A stretch of 61,517 bases of DNA from a virus (taxonomy: Duplodnaviria > Caudoviricetes), in IMG/VR virus record IMGVR_UViG_3300030389_004959, positions 1 through 61,517 of that record. One strand, 5' to 3'. The notes under the pieces are model-generated. The model did not search any database, was not told the origin of the DNA, and saw nothing but the letters and a program-made list of their open reading frames with translations. The position numbers and the translations under genes were made by a program. This document shows, one piece after another, positions 47,725 through 56,668 of this stretch. How positions within the stretch are numbered: the first letter of the stretch is position 1; each line of letters starts with the position of its first letter.

Positions 47725-48032
47725 TGGAGGCGTTGGTCGACTCACTATTAGCAGACGGCCACCTCGGAGTATTTGCGGCCTTCTTGCTGTATCAGTTCAT
47801 CACGATGCAGAAGCGTCTCGATAAGCTTGTGGAAGGCTTTCAAGAACAAGTGGAACAAATGCGGGCGGAGTACAACGAGCGTACTGAGAGGATGCGTGAG
47901 CGTTACGACAATGTCATCAAAGAATATCGTGACCGGGAAGACTCACAGTCTAAGGACTTTTTGATTGCACGTACAGCGGTCCACAATGACATCGTGGCCA
48001 AGCTTGAACGCATTTTGGATCGAAACAAGTAG
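47724..48032 (+). CDS. Holin-like protein (single TM plus coiled coil)
   Basis: GHLGVFAAFLLYQFI then a charged coiled coil; BhlA/UviB-like layout; TGATG coupling. Confidence 0.55.
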   Translation: MEALVDSLLADGHLGVFAAFLLYQFITMQKRLDKLVEGFQEQVEQMRAEYNERTERMRERYDNVIKEYRDREDSQSKDFLIARTAVHNDIVAKLERILDRNK

Positions 48033-48038
48033 GTCCTG

Positions 48039-48677
48039 ATGGAGTGCGTGGTACAAGAAGGGTCTGACTGTAAACTTGATGTGGGCTCACCGATTCGCAT
48101 TTACGATGAAAAGCCTGTTGAAGAGGAGAAAAAACCTGTGGCAAACGAAACGAAACAAGAGGCACCGAAACCTCCCCCGACACCCGCAAAGGCCCCGGAT
48201 CCTGTTCCAGAGCCTCCACCAGCGGTTGTTGAGACTGCAGCAACTCCTGCTGTGCCTGAGCTTGTAGAGTCTGTTGGGGTTGCTCAGGACATCACAGCGG
48301 CTGCTGACGCCGCTCAATCTCTTGGGGGAGACTATGCCCCCATGGTAGCGATTGCATTAGCTGGTATGGCTGTTGCCGGTGGATCCAAGGCGTGGAGCTA
48401 CTACCGTGACCGTGCCGAGCAGAAGCATGAACAAGAGATGCAAAAGCTCAAGATCGAAGCACAGTCCAAAGGGATGGACGGACAACAACCTCCTGCGTGT
48501 CAAGCCGCAACACAAAAGATGCAGGCTGAGTTGGACGACGTAAAGTCAAGGCTGAGCGCCGTTCAGAAGAAGACATCGATGATCTCGGCAGACTTTGACG
48601 GCGAAGATGTCGAGCGTCAGATCAAGCGCATGAAAAAGCGAATCGACGAGTTGTTTGAGATTACCGAGCAGAAATGA
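48039..48677 (+). CDS. Membrane protein with Pro-rich linker and coiled coil
   Basis: PKPPPTPAKAPDPVPEPPP; MVAIALAGMAVAGG TM segment; C-terminal heptads. Confidence 0.65.
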   Translation: MECVVQEGSDCKLDVGSPIRIYDEKPVEEEKKPVANETKQEAPKPPPTPAKAPDPVPEPPPAVVETAATPAVPELVESVGVAQDITAAADAAQSLGGDYAPMVAIALAGMAVAGGSKAWSYYRDRAEQKHEQEMQKLKIEAQSKGMDGQQPPACQAATQKMQAELDDVKSRLSAVQKKTSMISADFDGEDVERQIKRMKKRIDELFEITEQK

Positions 48678-49057
48678 TTGTCACTGCGCTGATATTTTTG
48701 GGTACGTTTGTCATCCTTCCAGCGGGCTTGAGTTTTGCTATTGAGGGAGACGGGCGCCCCAAAAAAACTAAATCGAAACCCGTCGAAGTTGTTCCAGAAC
48801 CCGAGCCAGAGCTCGAGCCAGAACCTGAACCTGAAATCATTGTTGAGCCGCAGCCAGAACCTGAAATGGTGCCAACAACTGTCGTGACCATCTCACCCAA
48901 GTGTGAAGATGAAGATTCCATCACTCGACTTCGTAAAGCCACATTCAACTTCTTATCTCAAGTAAACAACTTGCCTTCAGACATATCGTTCAATATCGTC
49001 GACTGCACACAAGAAGGAATGGTCGACATCGAGATTATCGAGGTTCCGAAGGACTAA
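48674..49057 (+). CDS. Membrane-anchored protein with (Glu-Pro)n linker
   Basis: N-terminal TM/signal sequence; PEPEPELEPEPEPE. Confidence 0.65.
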   Translation: MIVTALIFLGTFVILPAGLSFAIEGDGRPKKTKSKPVEVVPEPEPELEPEPEPEIIVEPQPEPEMVPTTVVTISPKCEDEDSITRLRKATFNFLSQVNNLPSDISFNIVDCTQEGMVDIEIIEVPKD

Positions 49058-49063
49058 GCCCAA

Positions 49064-49130
49064 CCCCCCACCCGGTAGGAATCGCCCATGCTGCCGCCCC
49101 GAGCGTGGGACAAGCGATATGGGTGGGGGG
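49064..49130. terminator. Long interrupted hairpin between convergent operons
   Basis: CCCCCCACCC/GGGTGGGGGG, ATCGC/GCGAT and CCATGCT/AGCGTGG nested stems. Confidence 0.65.
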
Positions 49131-49141
49131 CTAGGGGGACG

Positions 49142-49747
49142 TTATTTGCCAGTTGGAGCTGCTGCTACACCTTGTGTGGGTGCGATTGCATCGTTGAGCA
49201 TGTCCAGAACCCTCGACAATCCCTCTGGGGGTCCATCATCGCGAGCAACGACCTTTACGTCATACTTTGCGCTGTTGTCGCTGCTACGGCTGTTCTCGCT
49301 GTGATTAGCCACAGATCCGTGCACGGTGACCTCACAGGAAAACAGACCTGCGTTGTACTTTGCTTTAGCCGTCAGATCGGCTTTGCTGTCAGAGGTAGTC
49401 TTGCTTGATGTCGACGACTTTACCTCCATGGTGAACCGTACCTCTGCTTCTTTGACCGAAAGCGAAGGAGTGTTGATGATGGCAAGCAGCGGGACCTGAA
49501 GGTCGACCTTCTGCATCGTCGTGTTGCCTGCAGCGTCTTGCACTGGCTTATTGAAGCCAAAGTCTACGGTGCGTGCTGAAAGGTTGCCCTTTCCGTCATC
49601 GTTGAGACCAACGTCCTTGATGAAGTCACTTGATGCCTTTGCAAGCAGTGTTTGAGCATTACAGGCGGCTTTGAGTGGACCACCAATCAGTTGCTCCATT
49701 GGGAGACCACCAAACTGGTCTGACATCTTTACGAGTTGATCTGCCAT
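49142..49747 (-). CDS. DUF2589 family protein (long form)
   Basis: FGGLPMEQLIGGPLKAACNAQ..LA, VPLLAII..PSL, FTMEVKSS, SAKY.V.V.A....PPEGLSRVLDML. Confidence 0.85.
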   Translation of the reverse strand: MADQLVKMSDQFGGLPMEQLIGGPLKAACNAQTLLAKASSDFIKDVGLNDDGKGNLSARTVDFGFNKPVQDAAGNTTMQKVDLQVPLLAIINTPSLSVKEAEVRFTMEVKSSTSSKTTSDSKADLTAKAKYNAGLFSCEVTVHGSVANHSENSRSSDNSAKYDVKVVARDDGPPEGLSRVLDMLNDAIAPTQGVAAAPTGK

Positions 49748-49756
49748 GAATGACTC

Positions 49757-50251
49757 CTACGGAAGCAGTTTGATGAGTTGGTCATCGATTCTTGCATAAC
49801 CCTCTGGGGGCTCACTGCCCTTGAAGATCAACTTCAGTTTAGCAGCGTTGCTTTCTTTTTGGAACCAAGACGGTGTTTTGGCGCATGGCCTCACCATCAA
49901 CTTGCCTTTTTTCTTGTCTGATGTGAGACCAGAGATCTCGACCGACATCTCAACCTCAAGCGTATCCACCCGAAGACTTTGTCCAGTAGTGAGGGACTGG
50001 AGCGGGACCGGTACTCTTTTGTGTACCAGTACTCCATCTTCCCATGTTGGCAGCTCCATGACGACCATGCGAGGTGCATATACGTGTCTTCCGTCGTCAT
50101 CGGTAATCGGCTTTCCATTCTCATCGACCTTCAACTCCCAAAACTCTTGGTTGGTAATTGAATCCAACTCATGACGTTCTGCAATGTCGGTCGCCGCTAT
50201 AACAGCGGACTGAATAGAATGAACGATGTCATCTAAAGAATGGTCAGCCAT
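49757..50251 (-). CDS. DUF2589 family protein (short form)
   Basis: LDDIVHSIQSAV, VPLQSL....SLRVDTLEVEM, LIFKGSEPPEGYARI. Confidence 0.75.
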   Translation of the reverse strand: MADHSLDDIVHSIQSAVIAATDIAERHELDSITNQEFWELKVDENGKPITDDDGRHVYAPRMVVMELPTWEDGVLVHKRVPVPLQSLTTGQSLRVDTLEVEMSVEISGLTSDKKKGKLMVRPCAKTPSWFQKESNAAKLKLIFKGSEPPEGYARIDDQLIKLLP

Positions 50252-50266
50252 GACAAACGACTTTCA

Positions 50267-50929
50267 CTACTCTTGAAAATCGCTTGGCATTTCTTCGAAC
50301 TTGTCATCGGCTTTTGTTTCGGCTTCAGCCTTGGTCTGAGGAGTAGTAGACGCTGCAAACGCGGCGATGAATTGCTTCATGAGTTCTTTCAGCTCGGTAT
50401 CATTGGAGGCGTTTCCTTGCGCCTGAATCGCTTCGATCAACTCCTTGTTCGAGCCACTGACATCCACTTGAACATCGACCAAAGGAACACCATTTTGGTA
50501 TTTCAGATCCTTTTCATTTTTAGCATCGACGTATTTGACGGCAAGCATAATGGAATCGTCATTCGACAAGTTAGGCCGGATATCCACCTCGTAATCCATG
50601 ATGACCCATTGACCATTTGGTTGCACCAACCTGATGTGTTTGTGCATTGATTGCAGGGTCTTTTCGATTTGATCACGATAAATCGCTTCGTCCACGAAGT
50701 TGAGCATACCAGAGAGCCGCCATTCTGCCTTTTTGATTTTGGACCGGTACCCTGAAAACTCTTTCTTCGATTTTTTGTCGATCACTCGATTGGACATTTC
50801 ATCCTTCAAGATGTCGAGCAAAACTCCGGGTTGAATGATGAACTTGCGCTGCTCCTTGGAGCTAGCTTTCTCGGACATCATCAATTTGTACGGCGTGGTG
50901 TTGCTTGCAGCTTCGTCGAGTAGCGACAT
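50267..50929 (-). CDS. Hypothetical protein
   Basis: AGGAGA RBS; 220 aa inside the operon. Confidence 0.75.
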   Translation of the reverse strand: MSLLDEAASNTTPYKLMMSEKASSKEQRKFIIQPGVLLDILKDEMSNRVIDKKSKKEFSGYRSKIKKAEWRLSGMLNFVDEAIYRDQIEKTLQSMHKHIRLVQPNGQWVIMDYEVDIRPNLSNDDSIMLAVKYVDAKNEKDLKYQNGVPLVDVQVDVSGSNKELIEAIQAQGNASNDTELKELMKQFIAAFAASTTPQTKAEAETKADDKFEEMPSDFQE

Positions 50930-50937
50930 TTTGTCTC

Positions 50938-51813
50938 CTAAGACGTAAAGTCTTCTTCAGGTTCGGGGAGTTGTTGTTTTGCCTTCTCTACCAACTTCTT
51001 GACTTTCGATTGGCGTTTCGGCTTGGATTCAATTTCTTCTGATTGAACATCAATAACATCTTCAACAGATTTGTTGTCTTGATCATCAACATTTTCATCT
51101 ACGGTGTTGATTTCAACGGTGTTTGAAAAATCCGATTGGATGTCGTGCTCCAAAACGGCTGATGTTTTTGGCGTGAGCGGCAGGTACTTACAGATTCTAC
51201 GGATGACGGTCTTTCGCCACATTTCTTCCGTGTGCTGCGCCCAAGGGCCAGACTCTGGGCTTCGTGATGATTTTCGGATCTTGTTGATTTGATCTTTTCT
51301 CATGACCTCAACTTGTCGTTGACCGTCTTTGAAAAAGCATACTGCATAGGCCAAAAGCAAATCACCGGGATTGTCGTGACACTTTTTATGTTTAAGTACT
51401 TCACCATTTTCTAAATCAAAATGATGTTCAAACTCATCGTTTTCGTACACAACCTCTGCCTTGAAGTGTGCTACTTCTCCTGATCGTTTCACGAGGTCCA
51501 TCAGCCCTGTGTACTCAATCCACAACTCGGCATTGTAACCTTTGGATTTTTTATCCCACATGGGTACGAGAGATGCTCGATGAAGAACTCCACCTGCGAC
51601 CAAGTCCAGCTCACACGCCTTGGCAAGAGCCATATAGACTGACGCTGGGCTGCATTGAACCAGTCGTTCATTTTTGACAGCCTCGAACATCGCAACTCGA
51701 ATGATCCTATCCACGTCTGTGCCGGGTGGAGCAATCTTGATCAGGCTTTGTCGTTTGCCTTCCAAGTATTCATTGAGTTGAGTCACCTTGTCTCTGGTCG
51801 ATAATGCAGTCAT
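50938..51813 (-). CDS. recT: RecT family single-strand annealing protein
   Basis: LVQCSPASV, IEYTGLMDLVKRSG, VVYENDEF, PW..HTEEMWRKTVIRRICKYLP. Confidence 0.93.
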   Translation of the reverse strand: MTALSTRDKVTQLNEYLEGKRQSLIKIAPPGTDVDRIIRVAMFEAVKNERLVQCSPASVYMALAKACELDLVAGGVLHRASLVPMWDKKSKGYNAELWIEYTGLMDLVKRSGEVAHFKAEVVYENDEFEHHFDLENGEVLKHKKCHDNPGDLLLAYAVCFFKDGQRQVEVMRKDQINKIRKSSRSPESGPWAQHTEEMWRKTVIRRICKYLPLTPKTSAVLEHDIQSDFSNTVEINTVDENVDDQDNKSVEDVIDVQSEEIESKPKRQSKVKKLVEKAKQQLPEPEEDFTS

Positions 51814-52766
51814 TTTTCCTCTGAAACCCGCAGTGTCCGGGTGCTTGGTACTTCGATAACGAACTCTTGATACAAATCTGGATGGGCTTCTCGGAATGCA
51901 TCTTTGTCGAAGACTTTTCTAGCTCGACCTTTTTTCCAAGTTGCGACTCCTGCGATGCCCAAAGAATCACCAATTTTAGACCGGAGCAGGTTTTCCAACT
52001 CTTTTTTCTTGGTCTGAACTTTCTTCAGTTCTTTTTTGACTGCAATAATTTTCTCGTGGAGGTCTTTTTCTGCAGTCGTTGCAACCCTCAAATCATCACT
52101 TTTTATTCTTGGATTCAAGGCTGCGAGAACCTTCATGCAAGCATCTGTAGCATCTACATCTGGAGGGACTTGTCGCTCAACATGGGTGTCCCACCAATCA
52201 CATGCAACCTGCAGTATTGATTCTCCCAACTCCTTGTCTCTTTCGATTCGATACACTCGGAAGTCATCGAGACTAAAAAGCGTTGCGATGTCCCAATAAG
52301 GGGCATCAAATATTTCCATGTAGACACGCATCTGTATTTCTACATCTAGTGGGACATCAGTTGTTCCACTGTCTCCCCAGCCCCTTCGAAACCGTCGCGT
52401 CTTTGCGTCCATTCCAAACCGAACGCCATTGTGCTCAACAAGTCGATCTGGTGTTCCGAAGATGCGTGGCCGGGTTTGATGCCATGTCAGTCCTTCTTCC
52501 CAAAGCTTGCACCCTTCCCCTAGATGAAGCTGGTAAAACTCACAAACATATTTTTCCATCACCCGACCACGCATCAAAATTGCATCGTCGTAATCATCAG
52601 TGTCGAACAGACCTGTTTTCTCAGACCAGATCTTGAAAGCACTCCCCTCGAATGAACCAACTTTTTCTGATGCATCGGCTCCTGCCATCATGATGCAGGC
52701 AACATCCGTGCCACCCAAACCTTTCTTGCGTTCGGCAAGCCAAGCCTGTCGTTCTTGTTGGTTCAT
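51810..52766 (-). CDS. YqaJ / lambda-exonuclease family recombinase
   Basis: WLAERKKGLGGTD, GRVME, GTPDRL, MDAKT, QMRVYM. Confidence 0.92.
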   Translation of the reverse strand: MNQQERQAWLAERKKGLGGTDVACIMMAGADASEKVGSFEGSAFKIWSEKTGLFDTDDYDDAILMRGRVMEKYVCEFYQLHLGEGCKLWEEGLTWHQTRPRIFGTPDRLVEHNGVRFGMDAKTRRFRRGWGDSGTTDVPLDVEIQMRVYMEIFDAPYWDIATLFSLDDFRVYRIERDKELGESILQVACDWWDTHVERQVPPDVDATDACMKVLAALNPRIKSDDLRVATTAEKDLHEKIIAVKKELKKVQTKKKELENLLRSKIGDSLGIAGVATWKKGRARKVFDKDAFREAHPDLYQEFVIEVPSTRTLRVSEEK

Positions 52767-52784
52767 GGTTCCTCTCTTTTGGTG

Positions 52785-52813
52785 AGTCTACTGATTAACT
52801 GTAAGTGTGTCAA
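52785..52813 (-). promoter_or_regulatory. Sigma70-type promoter for the recombination operon
   Basis: TTGACA, 17 nt, TAGACT. Confidence 0.8.
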
Positions 52814-52829
52814 GGAGCCACACGTTGGA

Positions 52830-52858
52830 TGGACAAAATGTAGTTTTTTCGATAGTCT
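52830..52858 (+). promoter_or_regulatory. Divergent sigma70-type promoter for the Cro-like gene
   Basis: TGGACA, 17 nt, TAGTCT. Confidence 0.6.
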
Positions 52859-52878
52859 ACAAATCAAAGGTGTGTCTG

Positions 52879-53118
52879 ATGATCATCGCTGAGTATCGAA
52901 AAAGTTTGCCCGGAAAAAGCACTCGAGTTTCATTTGTTCAATGGTTGAATGGTGAGTTGACTCGTTACGATATGAAAATCAGCATCGGCTACTTGCGTGA
53001 TCTTGAATACGGACGCAAAACTCCTTCGCTACCGCTGGCGATTGGCATTGAGCGGGCGACAGGAGGTGTGGTCTCTGTAAGAGAATGGCCGGGGTTGTCC
53101 CCAAGTTTACGTTTATAG
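52879..53118 (+). CDS. Cro/XRE-like HTH regulator
   Basis: ISIGYLRDLEYGRKTPSLPLAIGIERATGGVVS..EW. Confidence 0.88.
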   Translation: MIIAEYRKSLPGKSTRVSFVQWLNGELTRYDMKISIGYLRDLEYGRKTPSLPLAIGIERATGGVVSVREWPGLSPSLRL

Positions 53119-53126
53119 GAGAGAGC

Positions 53127-53459
53127 ATGAGTCTCAAAGAAAAAGTAGATAGAATTCGTTCAGCACGCAAGCCGGGTCGATTTATCATTCCGGGTTTCGA
53201 CACAAACGATGTCCTGAACACATTGTTTCAATATGTGGATCATTTGGAAAGTGAATCGAGTGATGTGAAGTCCTTGCGAGTCAAGGTTGGAATCCTCGAA
53301 GCAAAAATCAGTGCGGGAGCGGATGGCAAGTTCGGCACCAAGGATGACAAGGTCACTCTGTCTCGTGCCAAAACAACCCGCAAAAAGTCGCCTGCGAAGA
53401 AAAAAGCAGCGACGAAAAAACCTGCAGCAAAAAAAACTGCGACTAAAAAGAAGTCCTAA
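53127..53459 (+). CDS. Protein with coiled coil, DGxxGTxDD loop and histone H1-like tail
   Basis: SAGADGKFGTKDD; KKSPAKKKAATKKPAAKKTATKKKS. Confidence 0.75.
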   Translation: MSLKEKVDRIRSARKPGRFIIPGFDTNDVLNTLFQYVDHLESESSDVKSLRVKVGILEAKISAGADGKFGTKDDKVTLSRAKTTRKKSPAKKKAATKKPAAKKTATKKKS

Positions 53460-53680
53460 GTATCGAACTCTTCGGACATAGACAGCAGCAGCTCCATGGT
53501 TGCTGCTGTCTTGACGTTTCTTAGGTGGTCGTCGATCGCCTCTTTGACATGGTTCTTCGTCATTGAGGAGACCACAAAGTCTTGCTCCTCATCACAAACT
53601 TGGATTGCATCATCTTCGTATGCAACCTTCCAATCTTGTGGTTGTTTCCACTGTTTGAGTATGTGCTTTGTAATATTCAT
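53456..53680 (-). CDS. Hypothetical protein
   Basis: ATGA coupling with the upstream gene. Confidence 0.6.
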   Translation of the reverse strand: MNITKHILKQWKQPQDWKVAYEDDAIQVCDEEQDFVVSSMTKNHVKEAIDDHLRNVKTAATMELLLSMSEEFDT

Positions 53681-54264
53681 TGCATGTCTATTAGGTTTCG
53701 TTTTCCTACGCCCTTTTGAGTAATCAATATATTACTGCACCAATGACTAATGATGTCTTTCATCATCTGACATGCGAGCTCTTTCGACTGTCGCTCATAA
53801 GATTTGCCCTTCATTACGCAAATGTCCCAACAAACGTCTACGATTTTACAAAGCTGTGAACGTACTGGTTGAGTAATCGACATCAGTTGGTATGGACTCA
53901 ACGTAATCCAAGCCCAAATTTGATCGAGTTGTTCGTCATCGAAAACGTAACCGTCGTCTTCTTTTTCAATCAACTTTTCAATCACAGCGGTTTGGAATCG
54001 ATCTGCCTCCTGAATCTCAATCCAATCATCTCCAAAGCAACCTTCTAGAATGAAATCGACACCAAAACCCATCACTGAAATGTGATGACCGTATTCACAG
54101 AACTGTTTTACGTTTGTAGCTTCTGAATACAACTGGAAAGTTTCGTTACCGGGAAACGAACGTAATGTGCTGGACGAGCTTTTTGAACAAATAAACATTT
54201 TGTCTTGCTCTGTCAGGTACTGGTCGATGAAATCGATGACTTCGTTTGATTTCCAATCATGCAT
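53677..54264 (-). CDS. Hypothetical protein
   Basis: Likely start ATG 54264 right after the VirE stop. Confidence 0.65.
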   Translation of the reverse strand: MHDWKSNEVIDFIDQYLTEQDKMFICSKSSSSTLRSFPGNETFQLYSEATNVKQFCEYGHHISVMGFGVDFILEGCFGDDWIEIQEADRFQTAVIEKLIEKEDDGYVFDDEQLDQIWAWITLSPYQLMSITQPVRSQLCKIVDVCWDICVMKGKSYERQSKELACQMMKDIISHWCSNILITQKGVGKRNLIDMQ

Positions 54265-54265
54265 G

Positions 54266-55621
54266 TCATCTTCCCTTGGCATCGTCATTGTCCACGACAA
54301 CTGCAGGTTGTTCAAGATTCAGAACATTATCTGTGTTGATTTTGACCCATACATATTTACGGTCCCCATAAATCCTACGACGGACCCGCTCATGACCCAG
54401 TTGTCGCATGATGTCGCCTACTCTCATCTCAGAAGCCCTGCTCATTTGATATTTATCAAGCTTCAATGCATTTTCCATAAGGTCTGTAGTCGAACAGTTC
54501 ACTCCGTTTGCAGTGATGTAGCGTTCAAGAATCTCCTGCCACGGGTCGTACTGACGATATTCAGATGATTTTTCGTTGAGTTGATCTTGAGTATCGTCTT
54601 CCAGCCACCATTTTTCGCCATTTTTGTAAGCGATGACGGCTTCTGCCCACAACTGCTCTCGATTGTGTTTTGTCCATTCGAAGTCCATAGTGCCAACCGT
54701 AAGGGGCCAAAACCGACGGGAACCCGTCGAATCTGTGATGAACTCCTCTTTGTTCGTGGTTCCGCAAAATGAAACGCTCCGCTTCCAAACAACGGCGTTT
54801 CGATTGAACTTGGGGCGGAATATGTCCTCTTGAGCAGACAGGAACGCTTTGACGCTTGAGTTTGCTGCTTTCCTGATGCCATCAAGCTCAGCAACTTCGT
54901 AAATCCACGCTCTGTGAATCTGCATATACGCATCGGTAGAGCCAATATTCATGGTGGTATCACCGAAGTATTCAGAAGACGCGAGGATTCGGAAGGTGCT
55001 GCTTTTCTTTGCACCCTGTGGTCCAATGAGAATCAGCACGCAATCGGCTTTACATCCCGGTTCCATGGCGCGCGCTACACATTGAATCATCCATTTACGA
55101 CCCATTTCTCGAGCCAACTTTGTATCATCGACGCCGCATGCTCGAATGACCCATTCACTGAGTCGAGGAACGCCGTCCCATACCGTATCGTTCAACCAGT
55201 CGACCAGCGGGTTTTTTGCATTGAGCTTGGCAACGTAGGCGCAAGCCTCTGCAATCGACTGCGTCGTGAACTCGACGCCATAAGTTGATTCAATCTCTCC
55301 TTTGACCTCAGTGTAGTCGGTGTCTTCAATCATGCGGTCTTTGAAGTAGACGGCTTTGCTAAATTGATTGAGCCAAATCTTTTTCTTCCATCTCTTATCT
55401 TTCTTGAGCATGACCAAAAGATTGGAGATGTTTTTCGCCACCTTCTCGGTTCCGTCCCTCATGACGGTCATTTTCAAATGACGCAAGACGCCAGAATCAA
55501 TCGAATTCGAATCCGCTTCAACGCCAGCTGCCTCTGCCATCTTCAACAGATCAGAAAGACGCGGTGAACCGGGCTGACCATCCAAAACCGCATCCAAATC
55601 AATCACCGCTGCCTCCTGCAA
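54266..55621 (-). CDS. VapE/VirE family P-loop helicase (replicative)
   Basis: WDGVPRL, LILIGPQGAKKSS Walker A, WIYEVAEL, FCGTTN, DSTGSRRFWP, QLWAEA. Confidence 0.92.
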   Translation of the reverse strand: MQEAAVIDLDAVLDGQPGSPRLSDLLKMAEAAGVEADSNSIDSGVLRHLKMTVMRDGTEKVAKNISNLLVMLKKDKRWKKKIWLNQFSKAVYFKDRMIEDTDYTEVKGEIESTYGVEFTTQSIAEACAYVAKLNAKNPLVDWLNDTVWDGVPRLSEWVIRACGVDDTKLAREMGRKWMIQCVARAMEPGCKADCVLILIGPQGAKKSSTFRILASSEYFGDTTMNIGSTDAYMQIHRAWIYEVAELDGIRKAANSSVKAFLSAQEDIFRPKFNRNAVVWKRSVSFCGTTNKEEFITDSTGSRRFWPLTVGTMDFEWTKHNREQLWAEAVIAYKNGEKWWLEDDTQDQLNEKSSEYRQYDPWQEILERYITANGVNCSTTDLMENALKLDKYQMSRASEMRVGDIMRQLGHERVRRRIYGDRKYVWVKINTDNVLNLEQPAVVVDNDDAKGR

Positions 55622-56603
55622 ACTTCTCGAGTGGAATCCTGTAAGTTGTTGTGCCCGGCAACTGCAATTGAATAATGTTCGCGTACTCCCGGCCTTGTTT
55701 GTCTGCGTCTGTCCCCACGTACACTTTTATATTTTTAGGGATGTTTAGTTTTGAAATCGCAGAGAATGACCCAGATGTTCCTCCCAGTACAGCAAGTTTG
55801 AGTTTCAGGTCCTCTACTTCAGCGGAACATTTCACGAAATCAGTCAGACCCTCGACGAATAGGACACCGTCAAGTTCGCATTGTTGTCCTCGAATCATTC
55901 TCACGGCAAATCGATTTGGCATGAACAGACCTTTTGCCTCGAATCCTTTTGGCCAGAGCGTCTTTGGTCCCGTCTCGACGGGCTCTATTGCTCTGCCGTG
56001 AACACTGACGAACTGACCCGTTTCGTCGAATGCTGGAACGATGATTCGCCAAACCTTGCTTCGACCGTAGGGCCACCATGAGGGCCAATCTAAACGACGA
56101 TCTTGCGGTGTGACACGAACCACACCAGATCGAGCGACTGCGTCCAAATCCAAATTACGACTCTTGAGAAAATGCAGGGCCTTGTCGTTGCTGTCCAACT
56201 CACTCAACTTGCGAGAGTGTTTCCATAGCGCATGAACTTGTTCTTTCGGTGGTCGATCACCCCTGAGCTTTTTATGCTCTGTATTTACAGGGGCACCATC
56301 TGCAATCTCTCCCTGAAACCAAACCTGCACTTTGTCTTTTTGATCGTTGCTGAGGGACTTGAATTTTGAACCCGCTAAGGAGTACGACACAAGGTCAATC
56401 CCAGATCCACCTGCACCACATCGATGGCACTTCCATCCCGTGTCGTCTGTCCTAAGACCTATTGTTCCTCGTTTGTCTTTTGAACCCCGCTCCAGTGCAT
56501 GACAGTTGGGGCATGGGCCAAATGAATTACTTTTTCTGGGTTGCAATCCCAGTCTCTGCGCTACTTCTGATACTGCTATTCTTTCTGCTTGCTGTAACCA
56601 CAC
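55599..56603 (-). CDS. Primase-like protein (zinc finger plus TOPRIM)
   Basis: CPNCH...WKCHRCG; FVEGLTD; GTDADKQG. Confidence 0.8.
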   Translation of the reverse strand: MWLQQAERIAVSEVAQRLGLQPRKSNSFGPCPNCHALERGSKDKRGTIGLRTDDTGWKCHRCGAGGSGIDLVSYSLAGSKFKSLSNDQKDKVQVWFQGEIADGAPVNTEHKKLRGDRPPKEQVHALWKHSRKLSELDSNDKALHFLKSRNLDLDAVARSGVVRVTPQDRRLDWPSWWPYGRSKVWRIIVPAFDETGQFVSVHGRAIEPVETGPKTLWPKGFEAKGLFMPNRFAVRMIRGQQCELDGVLFVEGLTDFVKCSAEVEDLKLKLAVLGGTSGSFSAISKLNIPKNIKVYVGTDADKQGREYANIIQLQLPGTTTYRIPLEKFAGGSGD

Positions 56604-56668
56604 GGGCGGATCTCCATCTGTACGGATTTGAGGGGAAGGGTGGAGTTTTCGATGCTACTGCAATCGAA

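Noticed and set aside
48584-48609. SADFDGED resembling the RNA polymerase NADFDGD motif
   Set aside because: Spacing is wrong and it lies within a coiled coil of a 212-aa membrane protein
49088-49408. 106-aa plus-strand ORF across the convergent hairpin
   Set aside because: Antisense to DUF2589, starts inside the hairpin, no protein-like features
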